Shown: positions 9,839 through 21,429, counted from the stretch's first letter. The stretch is 64,000 nucleotides of DNA from Mycobacteriales bacterium (GCA_046595815.1 JBKJSN010000088.1:10264-74263), one strand, 5' to 3'. Translations and numbers: made by a program. The notes: generated by a model not told the origin, from the letters alone.

Positions 9839-10221
9839 GGCTGCTCGCGCTCCGCGAGCGTGGACGCCGAGACGGTGACGCTCGGCAGTACGCCGAGCAT
9901 CCGCACCTGGGCCGTGACCAGAGCCTCGACCCAGTGCTCGCGGTCGCGGAGCACCACCGTGGCCTGCTGGGGGCCGAGGCGCTTGCCCGCGGCCACCGCC
10001 ACGGACGTCGACTCGCCGCGTGCTGCCAACCTCGCCGCCTCGCGCGAGGCGTCGATGGCCTTCATCCGGGCGTTGACGACCGCCAACGTGGCGATGAGCA
10101 GCGACAGGAGCAGGAACAGCACGGGCAGCACCATCACTGCCTCGGCAGTGACCATGCCGTCATCGCGGCCGCCGACGAGGCGGCGCCGTACCAACCGGTT
10201 CGCAAACGTGGAACGTGCCAT
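9835..10221 (-). CDS. TadE-family minor pilin
   Basis: 128 aa with the TadE N-terminal motif (GMVTAEAVMVLPVLFLLLSLLI). Confidence 0.75.
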   Translation of the reverse strand: MARSTFANRLVRRRLVGGRDDGMVTAEAVMVLPVLFLLLSLLIATLAVVNARMKAIDASREAARLAARGESTSVAVAAGKRLGPQQATVVLRDREHWVEALVTAQVRMLGVLPSVTVSASTLAEREQP

Positions 10222-10267
10222 GGGAGCTCTCCTTATGAGTGGGGTTGCCGGACAGTGGGCTTGACGG

Positions 10268-10307
10268 GCGCGCGCCCCGGGCCTGGACCCAGGACCGGGG
10301 CGCGCGC
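10268..10307 (-). promoter_or_regulatory. GC-rich intra-operon hairpin immediately downstream of the flp pilin gene
   Basis: 13-bp perfect arms GCGCGCGCCCCGG (10268-10280) and CCGGGGCGCGCGC (10295-10307). No U-tract. Confidence 0.5.
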
Positions 10308-10323
10308 AGGGCTCTGGACCGGC

Positions 10324-10548
10324 CTAGAACCGCAGGAAGCGGCGGAGGATGAACTGCTTCACGACCTCGAGGAACTCGCTGGACGTGACGATCTTGTAGA
10401 GGATTCCGGCGCAGCCAGCCGCGACGGCGGTGCCCATCGCGTACTCGGAGGTGACCATGCCGGCGTCGCCGTCCTCAGCCCGGGACGCGTGCCGGGACTG
10501 GACGCGGGCGGCGATGCGGTCGGTGACCCCGCTGAAGCGGACGCTCAT
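10324..10548 (-). CDS. flp: Flp-family type IVb pilin (DUF4244)
   Basis: 74 aa. Prepilin cleavage-type motif G/MVTSEY followed by hydrophobic AMGTAVAAGCAGILYKIV. Confidence 0.8.
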   Translation of the reverse strand: MSVRFSGVTDRIAARVQSRHASRAEDGDAGMVTSEYAMGTAVAAGCAGILYKIVTSSEFLEVVKQFILRRFLRF

Positions 10549-10671
10549 AGGTGTGCCCTTCTGTCTGATCCGGACCGTGTCGTCCGGCGCCGGTGAGGGT
10601 CGTGGGGGTCCGACAGTTCGTGAACAGGTTGACCAAGCGCTGTGGACGGCAACTGGGCCTGTGGACAGCTC

Positions 10672-11388
10672 TCAGAAGCCGTTGAGGAGGGGACCAGCGA
10701 CGGCGATGACGCACGGCACCGTGCCGAGGAGGAGGAAGGCGGGCAGGAAGCAGACGGTGATCGGGGCAGCGGCCTGCGCCCCCGCGCGCTTGACCTTCTT
10801 ACGCGCGACCGTGTTCGCCGCCCTGCGGGCGTCCTGCGCGACCCGCGACACGGCGGCAGCAACTGGGGTTCCGCCCTCAGCCGCCCGACGCAGGGCGCGC
10901 GACGCTGAGCCGGCGGCACCCGTGTCACCGAGCTCACCGAAGGCTTCTTCAGTCGGCGTACCCACACTGAGCGCCCCAGCGACGCGCGACAGCCTTGCCC
11001 CAGCAGGTCCACCGACCGCGTCGGCGACCGAAGCCAGCGCGTCCGCGAGCGGGCTGCCCCCCGCGAGGCACGCCCCGACGAGGTCAAGGGCGAGCGGCAG
11101 CTGGAGTGCGAGCAACTCTTCGGTGGGGTCGTTGCCCGCATCCAGCCGGGCCAGCAGCGGCGGCCCGCCAAACGCCACCGCGGCGCCAACAGCTGCCCCC
11201 ACCCAGCCGCCGATCAACCACCAGGTGACTCCCCCCAGGACCAGCAAGGCCGGACCGCGGAGGGCACGGTTCGAGGTCTGCCCCACCTCCGGCACCGCCC
11301 GAACCAGCGCGGTGAGCCGGCGGGCCGACGGTGGTCTGACCGCGAGCACGCCGACGCCAGCCCCCAACAACAGCGCAGCGAGAATCAC
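10672..11388 (-). CDS. tadC: type II secretion system F-family protein (TadC)
   Basis: C-terminal part of the track ORF shows the T2SS-F pattern and TM helices. The only in-frame start near the TadB stop is GTG 11388, which overlaps that stop (GTGA). Track ATG 11700 would overlap tadB by over 300 nt. Confidence 0.7.
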   Translation of the reverse strand: MILAALLLGAGVGVLAVRPPSARRLTALVRAVPEVGQTSNRALRGPALLVLGGVTWWLIGGWVGAAVGAAVAFGGPPLLARLDAGNDPTEELLALQLPLALDLVGACLAGGSPLADALASVADAVGGPAGARLSRVAGALSVGTPTEEAFGELGDTGAAGSASRALRRAAEGGTPVAAAVSRVAQDARRAANTVARKKVKRAGAQAAAPITVCFLPAFLLLGTVPCVIAVAGPLLNGF

Positions 11389-12185
11389 CGGGATCCCCCA
11401 GCCGAGCGCACGATCGCCGCGGTCCAGGCCAGGCCGGCGAGCTCGAGACCGACGCCTCCCACCAGACAGCCCCAGCCGATCGGGGTGTGGAGGAGCACGT
11501 TGATCGGGTTGCCGCCAAGCCCTGCTCCGAGCGCCAGGCCGAAGGCCGGCATGAAGCAGATGAGCAACGCCGTCGAGCGAGCCCCCGCGAGTTCGGTGTC
11601 GAGTTCCTCGCGCAACGCCGCCTGCTCGCGCAATGCCTGCTCGAGGCGGTCCACTGCAGCGGCAAGGGAACTTCCCGCACCCTGGCAGACGCTCCAACAC
11701 ACCGCGAGACCCCTCAACAGGTCCGGCACGGCGCTCTCGGGCGCGTGGCGGACGAGCACGTCCCCTGCCTGCTCCCCCAGCCGAATGGCGCCCCCCGCCT
11801 CGGTGAGCGCCATGGCCACTCGACCCTTCGCTACCTGGCCAGCGTTCACGAGCGCGGCGTCCGGAGCACGACCGGCACGCAGCTCCGCAGCGAGCGTGGC
11901 CATCGCCTCTGCCGCGGCAACCCGCTCCTCCTGCCGGGCCTTGTCCACCCGCCGTCCGAGCATGGCTCGGCGGCCAAGGCCAGCGAGGACGGCTCCCACG
12001 CCAGCACCGACGGGCCCGAGGGGGTAGACCAACACGGCGAGTGCCACGACAGCGACGAAGGGGGCCGAAGGCTCCCAGCGCGCGCGCTCGGCGTACGGAA
12101 GCACGCCCGGTCGGATCGGCGCCGGAAATCCCACCGCAATGGCGACGCCCACAGCAGCCAAGGCCGCCGGGAGGAGGTAGTTCAT
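11385..12185 (-). CDS. tadB: type II secretion system F-family protein (TadB)
   Basis: Start set to ATG 12185 (MNYLLPAALAAVGV), which overlaps the ATPase stop (ATGA). Polytopic T2SS-F-like protein. Confidence 0.75.
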   Translation of the reverse strand: MNYLLPAALAAVGVAIAVGFPAPIRPGVLPYAERARWEPSAPFVAVVALAVLVYPLGPVGAGVGAVLAGLGRRAMLGRRVDKARQEERVAAAEAMATLAAELRAGRAPDAALVNAGQVAKGRVAMALTEAGGAIRLGEQAGDVLVRHAPESAVPDLLRGLAVCWSVCQGAGSSLAAAVDRLEQALREQAALREELDTELAGARSTALLICFMPAFGLALGAGLGGNPINVLLHTPIGWGCLVGGVGLELAGLAWTAAIVRSAGGSR

Positions 12186-13336
12186 GTCAGTAGGCGGTCG
12201 AGCTCGTGCGAAGCCGGCCCGCGACTGCCGCTCGCTGAGTGCCCGTCCCACGACCAGGCGGGCACGGCGGCGACGAGCCCGTCTGCTCCGCGCGTGAGCA
12301 CACAGACCTCAGCTAGGTGCCTCGACCCCTCTGGCGTCCGCACAAGGTGGGCAGCGAGCCGCAGCCCGGAGGCCAGCTGGCTGTGAAGGGCGAACCGGTC
12401 CATGCCCGCGACCGCGGCGAGCGCCTCGAGTCGTGCGGGCACGTCCCGAGCGGAGTTGGCATGCAAGGTGCCGCAGCCGCCCTCGTGCCCGGTGTTGAGG
12501 GCAGCGAGCAGGTCCACGACCTCGGCTCCGCGCACCTCCCCCACGACGACCCGATCTGGGCGCATCCGAAGAGCCTGGCGGACGAGGTCACGGAGCGTGA
12601 CCTCGCCGGCCCCTTCGACGTTTGCTGGACGGGCCTCCAGCCGGACGACGTGCGGATGCTCCGGATCGAGCTCGCCGGCGTCCTCCACGAGCAGCAGCCG
12701 CTCCGCCAGGCTGACCCGGGACAGCAACGCCGACAGCAATGTCGTCTTGCCGGTGCCGGTCCCCCCGCTGATCAGGAACGCAGCCCGGGAGGCAATCAGC
12801 TGCGACAGGAGCTCTGCTCCATCCGGGGGGACGCTGCCAGCCGCCTGCAGTTCGTCCAGGGTGAACACGCGGCGGCGGGGCACACGCAGGGACAGGCACG
12901 TGCCACGAGGGGCGACGGGAGGAAGCACGGCATGGAGTCGGACGCCGTCGGCCAACCGGGCGTCGACCCAGGGCTGGGAGTCGTCGAGGCGGCGCCCCGT
13001 CGGTGCGGCCAGTCGGACGGCGAGCCTGCGGACGGCGGCGTCGTCGGCGAAGCGGACGGCGGAACGCTCCAGACCCGCGCCGCGGTCCACCCAGACCTCG
13101 TGAGGGCCGTTGACGAGCACATCCGTGACGCGCGGGTCGGCGAGCAGCGCCTGCAGCGGCCCGGCCCCGACGATCTCGTCTTGCAGCCCGCGCAATACAT
13201 CGTGCGCCTCCGAGCCCACCTGCAGGCCGCCGCTCACCTCGCGCAGCGCCTCGGCCACGCGGGCCGCTGTCGGCACGCCACCCTCAGCGATCAGCCGCTC
13301 CCGGACCCGAGCTAACAGGGCCGAGTCGGCGCTCAC
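12182..13336 (-). CDS. tadA: TadA/CpaF-family secretion ATPase
   Basis: Walker A GGTGTGKTTLL, Asp box/Walker B LLLVEDAGEL, His box GHEGGCGTLHANS. GTGA overlap with ssd. Confidence 0.9.
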   Translation of the reverse strand: MSADSALLARVRERLIAEGGVPTAARVAEALREVSGGLQVGSEAHDVLRGLQDEIVGAGPLQALLADPRVTDVLVNGPHEVWVDRGAGLERSAVRFADDAAVRRLAVRLAAPTGRRLDDSQPWVDARLADGVRLHAVLPPVAPRGTCLSLRVPRRRVFTLDELQAAGSVPPDGAELLSQLIASRAAFLISGGTGTGKTTLLSALLSRVSLAERLLLVEDAGELDPEHPHVVRLEARPANVEGAGEVTLRDLVRQALRMRPDRVVVGEVRGAEVVDLLAALNTGHEGGCGTLHANSARDVPARLEALAAVAGMDRFALHSQLASGLRLAAHLVRTPEGSRHLAEVCVLTRGADGLVAAVPAWSWDGHSASGSRGPASHELDRLLT

Positions 13337-14400
13337 GCGACTGCCCTCTCGGGCGACACGAGGAGCTCTGCGAGCAGGGACTCGCTCAGCGCGGCAAGGG
13401 GTGAGCCTCTGCGCTCACCAGGCGGCACCCCTTCCTCCAGCGACCGGGCCAGCCCGGGCTCGGGCCGCAGCTCACCGGCAAGGGGCAGGGCTAGCGCCTG
13501 CTGGATCTCGGTCGCGGACAGCCCGGCGGGGGCCGGTCCGCGGACCACGAGCCGGACGTCGCGGCACAGGCGCGTGGCCCGGACCGCCACGCGTGCGGCC
13601 GCGGCAGCGGCCCGAACCTCGGCGGGTACGACGAGCAGCGACGTGGTGGCACAGCTCAGGACCTCCTGGCCCACCTCATCGATATGACGCGGCACGTCCA
13701 CGACGACCAGGGGGTGGCTTCGGCGGGCGGCCTGCAGGACTGCGCGCGCAGCTTCGACGGGGACCTGCACGCACTCCCCGCGGTCCCAGGACAGCAGGGC
13801 GAGCTCACCGAGGCGTGGGAGCGCACGGCCCAGCGCCGCCGCCGGCACACGGCCGCGGGTGGCTGCGAGCTCAGGCCAGCGAAGCCCGGGCTGGTCCTCG
13901 GCGCGGAACACCACGTCGATCCCGCCCCCCAGCGGGTCGGCGTCGATGAGCAGCGTGGGAATGCCCCTCCGGCCCGCTGCGTGGGCCAACGCGCAGGCGA
14001 GCGTTGTGGCACCCGCGCCGCCTCGCCCTCCGAGCACGGCGATCACGGTCCCCTCCGCACCGCGGCCTTCGGCGGCTTCAGCGAGGGCCTCCACCAGCCA
14101 GCGCTCCGCATCGGGGAGGAACACCACGCGCTCGGCGCCGAGGTCGACCGCCCGCTGCCAGACCCCGGCGTCGTCGAGGTCGCGGCCAAGCACCAGGACG
14201 CCATCGCGCCGGCCGGGACGCACGAGCGTGGTGGCGTCGAGCACGTCGTCGCCGACGATGACAAGGGAGGCCTGGTCCCAATAGCGTCGAACATGCTGCA
14301 CGTCGTGGATCACGTCCGCCTCCACGCCCGCGAGAGCGGTGAGGCGCAGCAGGTCATCGAGCGTGGCGGGGTCAGCGGTGATGAGAAGCGGTCGCGGCAT
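13333..14400 (-). CDS. ssd: septum-site-determining / CpaE-like ParA-family protein (Ssd)
   Basis: N-terminal receiver-like region plus deviant Walker A (GGRGGAGATTLA). Start moved to ATG 14400 (MPRPLLITADP); the upstream part of the track ORF is Pro-rich and overlaps the 6C RNA. Confidence 0.8.
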   Translation of the reverse strand: MPRPLLITADPATLDDLLRLTALAGVEADVIHDVQHVRRYWDQASLVIVGDDVLDATTLVRPGRRDGVLVLGRDLDDAGVWQRAVDLGAERVVFLPDAERWLVEALAEAAEGRGAEGTVIAVLGGRGGAGATTLACALAHAAGRRGIPTLLIDADPLGGGIDVVFRAEDQPGLRWPELAATRGRVPAAALGRALPRLGELALLSWDRGECVQVPVEAARAVLQAARRSHPLVVVDVPRHIDEVGQEVLSCATTSLLVVPAEVRAAAAAARVAVRATRLCRDVRLVVRGPAPAGLSATEIQQALALPLAGELRPEPGLARSLEEGVPPGERRGSPLAALSESLLAELLVSPERAVA

Positions 14401-14494
14401 GGCTGGAGCCTGGTCAGCCCCAACCTCGTCGAGAGCGTTCGGGCGACCGCCTGTGGACCGTCGTACCTGATCCACAGGGACGCGCCAAGGCCTG

Positions 14495-14600
14495 GACAAA
14501 CGACGACCCCCGCCGGGGGGGGAGGCGGGGGTCGTCGGTGGTCCCGGCTCGGGGGGATGAGACGGGACCGCGGGCGGCACGACCAAGGGGACAGTCGCGC
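14495..14600 (-). ncRNA. 6C sRNA (two stem-loops with C-rich loops); ends approximate
   Basis: On the minus strand: GGTCCCG-TCTCATCCCCCCGAGC-CGGGACC (14540-14569), then CGACGACCCCCGCC-TCCCCCCCC-GGCGGGGGTCGTCG (14501-14537), followed by TTTG. Its location between ssd and the HAD gene matches the recalled position of M. tuberculosis B11/6C (Rv3660c-Rv3661). Confidence 0.7.
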
Positions 14601-14654
14601 TCAAAACAGGGATGCCCTGGCCTCCAGGCGCCTAAACACTTGTAATCACTCGTA

Positions 14655-15461
14655 ATGTCACATGTCGTGAGCGCCGCCTTCTTCGACCTCGACAAGACCG
14701 TGATCGCCAAGAGCAGCACGTTGGCGTTCGGCAAGCCCTTCTACAAGGGCGGCCTGGTCAACCGTCGTGCGGTGTTGAAGAGCTCCTTCGCTCAGTTCCT
14801 GTACCTGCTTCAGGGCGCGGACGAAGACACGATGGACAAGCTCCGGGACTACCTCGCCGCGTTGTGCGCCGGGTGGCCGGTCCAGCAGGTGCGGGACATC
14901 GTCGCGGAGACCCTGCACGAGCTCATCGATCCGCTCGTCTACGAGGAGGCCCTCGACCTTTTCGCGGAGCACCGCGCCGCCGGCCGGGAGATCGTGCTGG
15001 TGTCCAGCTCCGGCGAGGAGATCGTCGGACCTATCGGGGACATGCTCGGGGTCGACCGCGTCATCGCCACGCGGATGGTCGTCGAGGCAGGGATCTACAC
15101 GGGCGAGGTCGAGTTCTACGCGTACGGCGAGAACAAGGCCGTAGCCATCACTGAGCTCGCCGTAGAGCAGGGTTGGGATTTGGCGGGCTGCTACGCCTAC
15201 AGCGACAGCGTCACGGACCTGCCGTTGCTCTGCGCGGTCGGACATCCCGTGGCGGTGAACCCCGACAAGGCGCTGCGCAGGGACGCCACTGAACGTGACT
15301 GGCCCATCCGCGTCTTCGCCCGCCCGGTGCGTGCCCAGCGCCGACTGCCCGCACCGCCGGGCGACACACGCGCCTGGGCTGCTGCGATAGCCGTCGCAAC
15401 GGTGGGGTGCCTTGTGTGGGTGTCGCTGCGTCGGACCCGATCCGTCCCTGGTCAGCTCTGA
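14655..15461 (+). CDS. HAD-IB family hydrolase (SerB-like)
   Basis: DxD motif FFDLDKTV, later SSSGEEIV and YSDSVTDLPLL. C-terminal TM segment. Confidence 0.85.
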   Translation: MSHVVSAAFFDLDKTVIAKSSTLAFGKPFYKGGLVNRRAVLKSSFAQFLYLLQGADEDTMDKLRDYLAALCAGWPVQQVRDIVAETLHELIDPLVYEEALDLFAEHRAAGREIVLVSSSGEEIVGPIGDMLGVDRVIATRMVVEAGIYTGEVEFYAYGENKAVAITELAVEQGWDLAGCYAYSDSVTDLPLLCAVGHPVAVNPDKALRRDATERDWPIRVFARPVRAQRRLPAPPGDTRAWAAAIAVATVGCLVWVSLRRTRSVPGQL

Positions 15462-15750
15462 CTACGCTGAGTGGAATCCCTTGACAGCAAGGGAATCTCA
15501 GCAGATGGTGGCTGCACGGACAGCCGCCTGCGGGCGGACTCGTTCCCCCCGACGGCGGTCCGTGCAGTGCGCGTCCGAGCACCCACGTGCGATCAGCCGC
15601 GAGAGGCACATCGAGCGGGTCCAAAAGAGGTTCACGAAAGGGATCAGGACCCTGGGCGATGACGAAGATGCACGCTTTGGTCACTCGGCCGTAATGCATG
15701 GCGACGGGGCTCCACCCTTCGGGATGGGGCCCCGTTCCGTTGCCCCCGGC

Positions 15751-16644
15751 TCAGGCGGACTCGCGCTGGATCGCCTCGCAGACCGCGATGCCCTCACGGG
15801 CACCGAGCGCCACTGCCTGCGCACAGTGGACGAGCCACCCGGCGAGGCCTTCCTCGCCCCCGGAGACGTAGCCCCTGACGGCCTCGGCGTAGGCGTGGGA
15901 GTGGCTGGCCCGCAGACCGGCTGCATCGAGCTCGACGTGCCCGACCTCCGGAGCACTGACCGCCTTGGGGTCCAGCCCGCGGTCGACCAGCACGAGGCGC
16001 GCAGCGGCCCGGGCGACGAGGCCATCGACGGAGCCGAACGCCCGCAAGGCCAGCAGCTCGCCATGCACGACTGCGGACACCACGACCGCGGGCGCCTTCG
16101 TCGGACTCACGAGCAGTCGACACAAGCCGTCCAGCCGGGCACCGGCCTCCAGCGGATGCGGAGCCTCGCCCAGACCCAGCGGGTCCTCGACCGGGTCGGC
16201 CGGCGAGGTCCTCGGGCGGCCGAGGAAGTCCTCGGTGATGTCGAGGTCGACGGCGGCCAGCAGGTGCAGTCGGGCGAGGGCCTGACGAGGGGAGCTCTTC
16301 CAGGCGGGGAGCACCGAACCGAGCTCAGCGTGCAGGCGCACGGCGTTGGCGACGACCTGACTCTCTCGTGCTTGCCTGCTTTCCTGCGCCGTCTTGCCGT
16401 GGATCGCTGCGGTCACAGGCTGTCCGTTGAGCAGCTGGCCGCGGAGCCGCTCAAGCTCCATGCCCGCGCCCTCGAGCTCCGCAGAGGCTCGGGCGCCGCG
16501 CAGCGCTGACTCCGCTGTGACCTCTGCTGAGCGGCGGCGAAGCATGCGGTGCGACAGCAGGCCATCGATCGCCGTTCGGGCGTGTGCCACGGCATCCGGA
16601 ACACCAGGGAGCTCAAGCAGGGCTGCGAGGGGATCGGTGCTCAC
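15751..16644 (-). CDS. conserved hypothetical protein
   Basis: 297-aa ORF with protein-like composition. No motif I can name. Confidence 0.5.
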   Translation of the reverse strand: MSTDPLAALLELPGVPDAVAHARTAIDGLLSHRMLRRRSAEVTAESALRGARASAELEGAGMELERLRGQLLNGQPVTAAIHGKTAQESRQARESQVVANAVRLHAELGSVLPAWKSSPRQALARLHLLAAVDLDITEDFLGRPRTSPADPVEDPLGLGEAPHPLEAGARLDGLCRLLVSPTKAPAVVVSAVVHGELLALRAFGSVDGLVARAAARLVLVDRGLDPKAVSAPEVGHVELDAAGLRASHSHAYAEAVRGYVSGGEEGLAGWLVHCAQAVALGAREGIAVCEAIQRESA

Positions 16645-16747
16645 GTGGGTTCACGCTAGTCGCGTGGACCGGTAGCACGGCGGGGGCTTCACCTCGACGT
16701 ACCGGTTCGTGCCAGTCTTCTGACGGGACCCGCCACCGGAAGGAGCT

Positions 16748-18706
<1,959 letters not shown>

Positions 18707-18710
18707 GCGC

Positions 18711-19637
18711 GTGAGCGTCGAAGAGAGCGTCGTCCTCGTCGAGGGCCCCTGGCGACATCGGGACGTGACGGCCTCCGGGCTGCGGTTCCACGTTGCCGAG
18801 CACGGGCCGGCCGACGGTCCCTTGGTCCTACTGCTGCACGGTTTTCCCGAGTTCTGGTGGTCCTGGCGGCACCAGCTCGAGGCGTTGGGGAACGCGGGTT
18901 ACCACGCGGTGGCGCCGGACCTTCGGGGGTACGGCGCGACCGACAAGCCACCGCGGGGCTACGACGCCTACACCCTGTCCAACGACGTCGCCGGGCTGAT
19001 CCGAGCTCTCGGCCATCAGGACGCCTGGGTGGTGGGCCATGACTGGGGGGCGGTCCTCGGGTGGGCCACCGCCACGCTGCACCCCAAGGTCGTGAACCGG
19101 CTCGCGGCCCTGTCGGTCCCGCACCCGTTGCGCATGGCCCAGGCACTGCGGGGGGACTGGGCGCAGACCCGGATGTCGGCGTACCTCGGGTTCTTCCAGA
19201 CCCCGAAGGTGCCGGAGCGTCAGCTGATCACTGGCGGCCTGGTGGCCGAGCTGCTGCACCGCTGGGGCGGTCCGGGCTTCCCGGACGTCGAGACGCAACA
19301 GCGCTGCGAACAAGCCATGGCGATCCCCGGGGCGGCACACAGCGCGCTGGAGTACTACCGATGGGCGTTCCGGTCCCAGGTGCGCCCGAGCGGGCGGCGC
19401 TACCTCAGGCTTCTCGCGCAGGGGGTCCACGTGCCCGTGCTGCAGTTGCACGGCGCCGTCGACGGCTGCATCAGAACGCAGAGCGTGCACGGCTCAGGCG
19501 CGTATGCACATGCGGGCTACGCGCTGCACGTGCTCGACGGCCTCGGGCACTTCCCACACCAGGAGGACCCGGCGCTGGTCACCGCGCTCCTGTTGGAGCA
19601 CGCCGGATCACGCCCGGTTACGCCGCCCGGTTCCTGA
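18711..19637 (+). CDS. alpha/beta hydrolase, epoxide-hydrolase-like (EphE-like)
   Basis: HGFPEFWWSWRHQ and GHDWG motifs. Start moved to GTG 18711, just after the acs stop. Confidence 0.8.
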   Translation: MSVEESVVLVEGPWRHRDVTASGLRFHVAEHGPADGPLVLLLHGFPEFWWSWRHQLEALGNAGYHAVAPDLRGYGATDKPPRGYDAYTLSNDVAGLIRALGHQDAWVVGHDWGAVLGWATATLHPKVVNRLAALSVPHPLRMAQALRGDWAQTRMSAYLGFFQTPKVPERQLITGGLVAELLHRWGGPGFPDVETQQRCEQAMAIPGAAHSALEYYRWAFRSQVRPSGRRYLRLLAQGVHVPVLQLHGAVDGCIRTQSVHGSGAYAHAGYALHVLDGLGHFPHQEDPALVTALLLEHAGSRPVTPPGS

Positions 19638-20070
19638 GCTCGGCGGCGTGAGCGAGGTTCGCGAGGAACCCGCGAGCCATCTCCTCGAGCAGGTCCTCGT
19701 CCAGGACCGTGCCCTCGAAACCGGTGCCCGTCAGGACGAGCTCGGCGGTCGTGGCGATCTCCGGGCCCTCGGAGGGCGCGTAGCTGAGGGTGAGCTCGCC
19801 GTGGGTGGCGGGCAGGCCCGGGCCGGCCCACTCGAAGCGGGTGAGGAACGACGTGGGGGTGCGCTGCGGGGGAAGAGCCCGGACGCTGGCCGCACGGGCC
19901 AAGTCGCGGATGTCGGTCTCGACGACCACACGGCCGCTGACCTCGGCGACCCGGCGCAGGCCGGGCCAGAGGTCGATCGCCGTCGAGCCGGCGAGCAGCA
20001 GCGCGGTGCTGGTGGGATCTGCCGCTATGCGTCGGGAGACGCACGTACGGTTCGCCGCTACGGGGGTCAC
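19618..20070 (-). CDS. hypothetical protein (possibly SRPBCC-like)
   Basis: 150-aa ORF, convergent with and overlapping the hydrolase 3' end by 20 nt. No recognisable motif. Confidence 0.45.
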   Translation of the reverse strand: MTPVAANRTCVSRRIAADPTSTALLLAGSTAIDLWPGLRRVAEVSGRVVVETDIRDLARAASVRALPPQRTPTSFLTRFEWAGPGLPATHGELTLSYAPSEGPEIATTAELVLTGTGFEGTVLDEDLLEEMARGFLANLAHAAELRNRAA

Positions 20071-20244
20071 GGCGTACCTCCTGGTTTGGGTGTCGAAGGG
20101 GTGACCGGAGAGTTACCCACCTGCTTGCAACTGTAAGCACTCAACGACCACATCGGCGTTTGGACGCGCTGTGACAGCACCCACCCGGGTGGCTCCCTGC
20201 CCGTTTTGACGCGGATTCAGCCGCTCGCCGGTTCGGCCTGACGC

Positions 20245-21429
20245 TCAGTCGCAGCGACCGGTGCTGACCTCGGCCGTCGCCGTACGCCCCTGCGCCGCGT
20301 CGCCCGCGACCTCCTTGGCGGTGAGCGCGTAGCCCGTCTGGGGATCATCGGCGGCGGCGGCGAACACCACGCCGAGGACCTGACCACTCGTGCTGACCAG
20401 GGGTCCGCCTGAATTCCCGGGGCGCACCCGCGACCGGAGGGCGTAGATCTCGCGAACGACTGTCCGGTTGTTGTAGATGTTGGGGCCCTTGGCGTCCTGG
20501 ATCCCTCGGACTCGGGCTGCGTCCGCGCGGTAGGGCCCGTCCAGCGGGTAGCCGATCACGATCGCGCTCTCACCGGTCCGGGCACGCCCGGAGAACACCA
20601 AGGGGCGGGCGTTGAGGCCAGGCACATCCAGCACGGCGATGTCGCGGTTCGGGTCGTACAGCACCACGGTCGCGTCGAGCTCCCGGTCCCCCACGTGGAC
20701 CTTGGGCTCGCGCACCCCCGCGACGACGTGCGCGTTGGTCATGACCCGCCGTGCGGCGTACAGGAATCCGGTGCCCTCGATGCGCTTGGAGCACGAGCGG
20801 GCCACGCCCGTGATCTTGAAGATGCGGCTGCGTACGGCGGTCACCACGGCGGACCGGGCCAGCGCCGGGTCGGGCGGGTCGACCGGGCGGACCTGCGTCG
20901 GGACCAGGTCGCCGAACACCTCGGGGAAGCCGCGGTCGTCCACGAGCTTGCGGAAGCTCGCGAACAGACCCTTGGCCCCGCCGGGAACTGTGTCGTCCAC
21001 CACCGCGAGGACCTGCGAGCGGCGTACCTGCGCAGCAAGTCCTGTGAAGGGCGACGAGGCGACTGCGGTGCCGACCAGCCACGCCACCAGGAGAAGGGAG
21101 ACCACAGAGATCCCGGCCCCGGCCACGGCGTCGACGACCCGTGCCGGTTTCCACACCAAATGCTTACGCACCCAGGCCCCACCGACGCTCGCGATGACCT
21201 GGCCCAGCGAGGCGAGCAGGAAGACGAGCCCGATCGCCACGGGCGTGCGGGGCAGGTCGGACAGCGGACCCGTCCGCAGCAGCGTGGGAGCGATCGTGGC
21301 GCCGAGCACCCCGCCGCCGAGGAAGCCGATGAAGGAGAGCACGCCGACCACGAAGCCCTGGCGGTACCCGGAGACCGCGAACAGGACGACGGCACCGAGC
21401 AGGATCAGGTCGAGCAGGTCTCCGTGCAT
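20245..21429 (-). CDS. marP: MarP-family membrane serine protease (CvpA-like TM domain plus trypsin-like domain)
   Basis: Start moved to ATG 21429 (MHGDLLDLILLGAVVLFAVSGYRQGF). C-terminal chymotrypsin-fold motifs TNAHVV, DIAVL, PGNSGGPL. Confidence 0.9.
   Translation of the reverse strand: MHGDLLDLILLGAVVLFAVSGYRQGFVVGVLSFIGFLGGGVLGATIAPTLLRTGPLSDLPRTPVAIGLVFLLASLGQVIASVGGAWVRKHLVWKPARVVDAVAGAGISVVSLLLVAWLVGTAVASSPFTGLAAQVRRSQVLAVVDDTVPGGAKGLFASFRKLVDDRGFPEVFGDLVPTQVRPVDPPDPALARSAVVTAVRSRIFKITGVARSCSKRIEGTGFLYAARRVMTNAHVVAGVREPKVHVGDRELDATVVLYDPNRDIAVLDVPGLNARPLVFSGRARTGESAIVIGYPLDGPYRADAARVRGIQDAKGPNIYNNRTVVREIYALRSRVRPGNSGGPLVSTSGQVLGVVFAAAADDPQTGYALTAKEVAGDAAQGRTATAEVSTGRCD

Noticed and set aside
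15462-15750. 290-bp convergent intergenic region scanned for an sRNA (imperfect hairpin GAATCCCTTG/CAAGGGAATC at 15474-15497 and a C-run at about 15545)
   Set aside because: The stem has a mismatch, there is no second C-loop hairpin and no terminator. The true 6C-like element is at 14.5 kb. Left uncalled.
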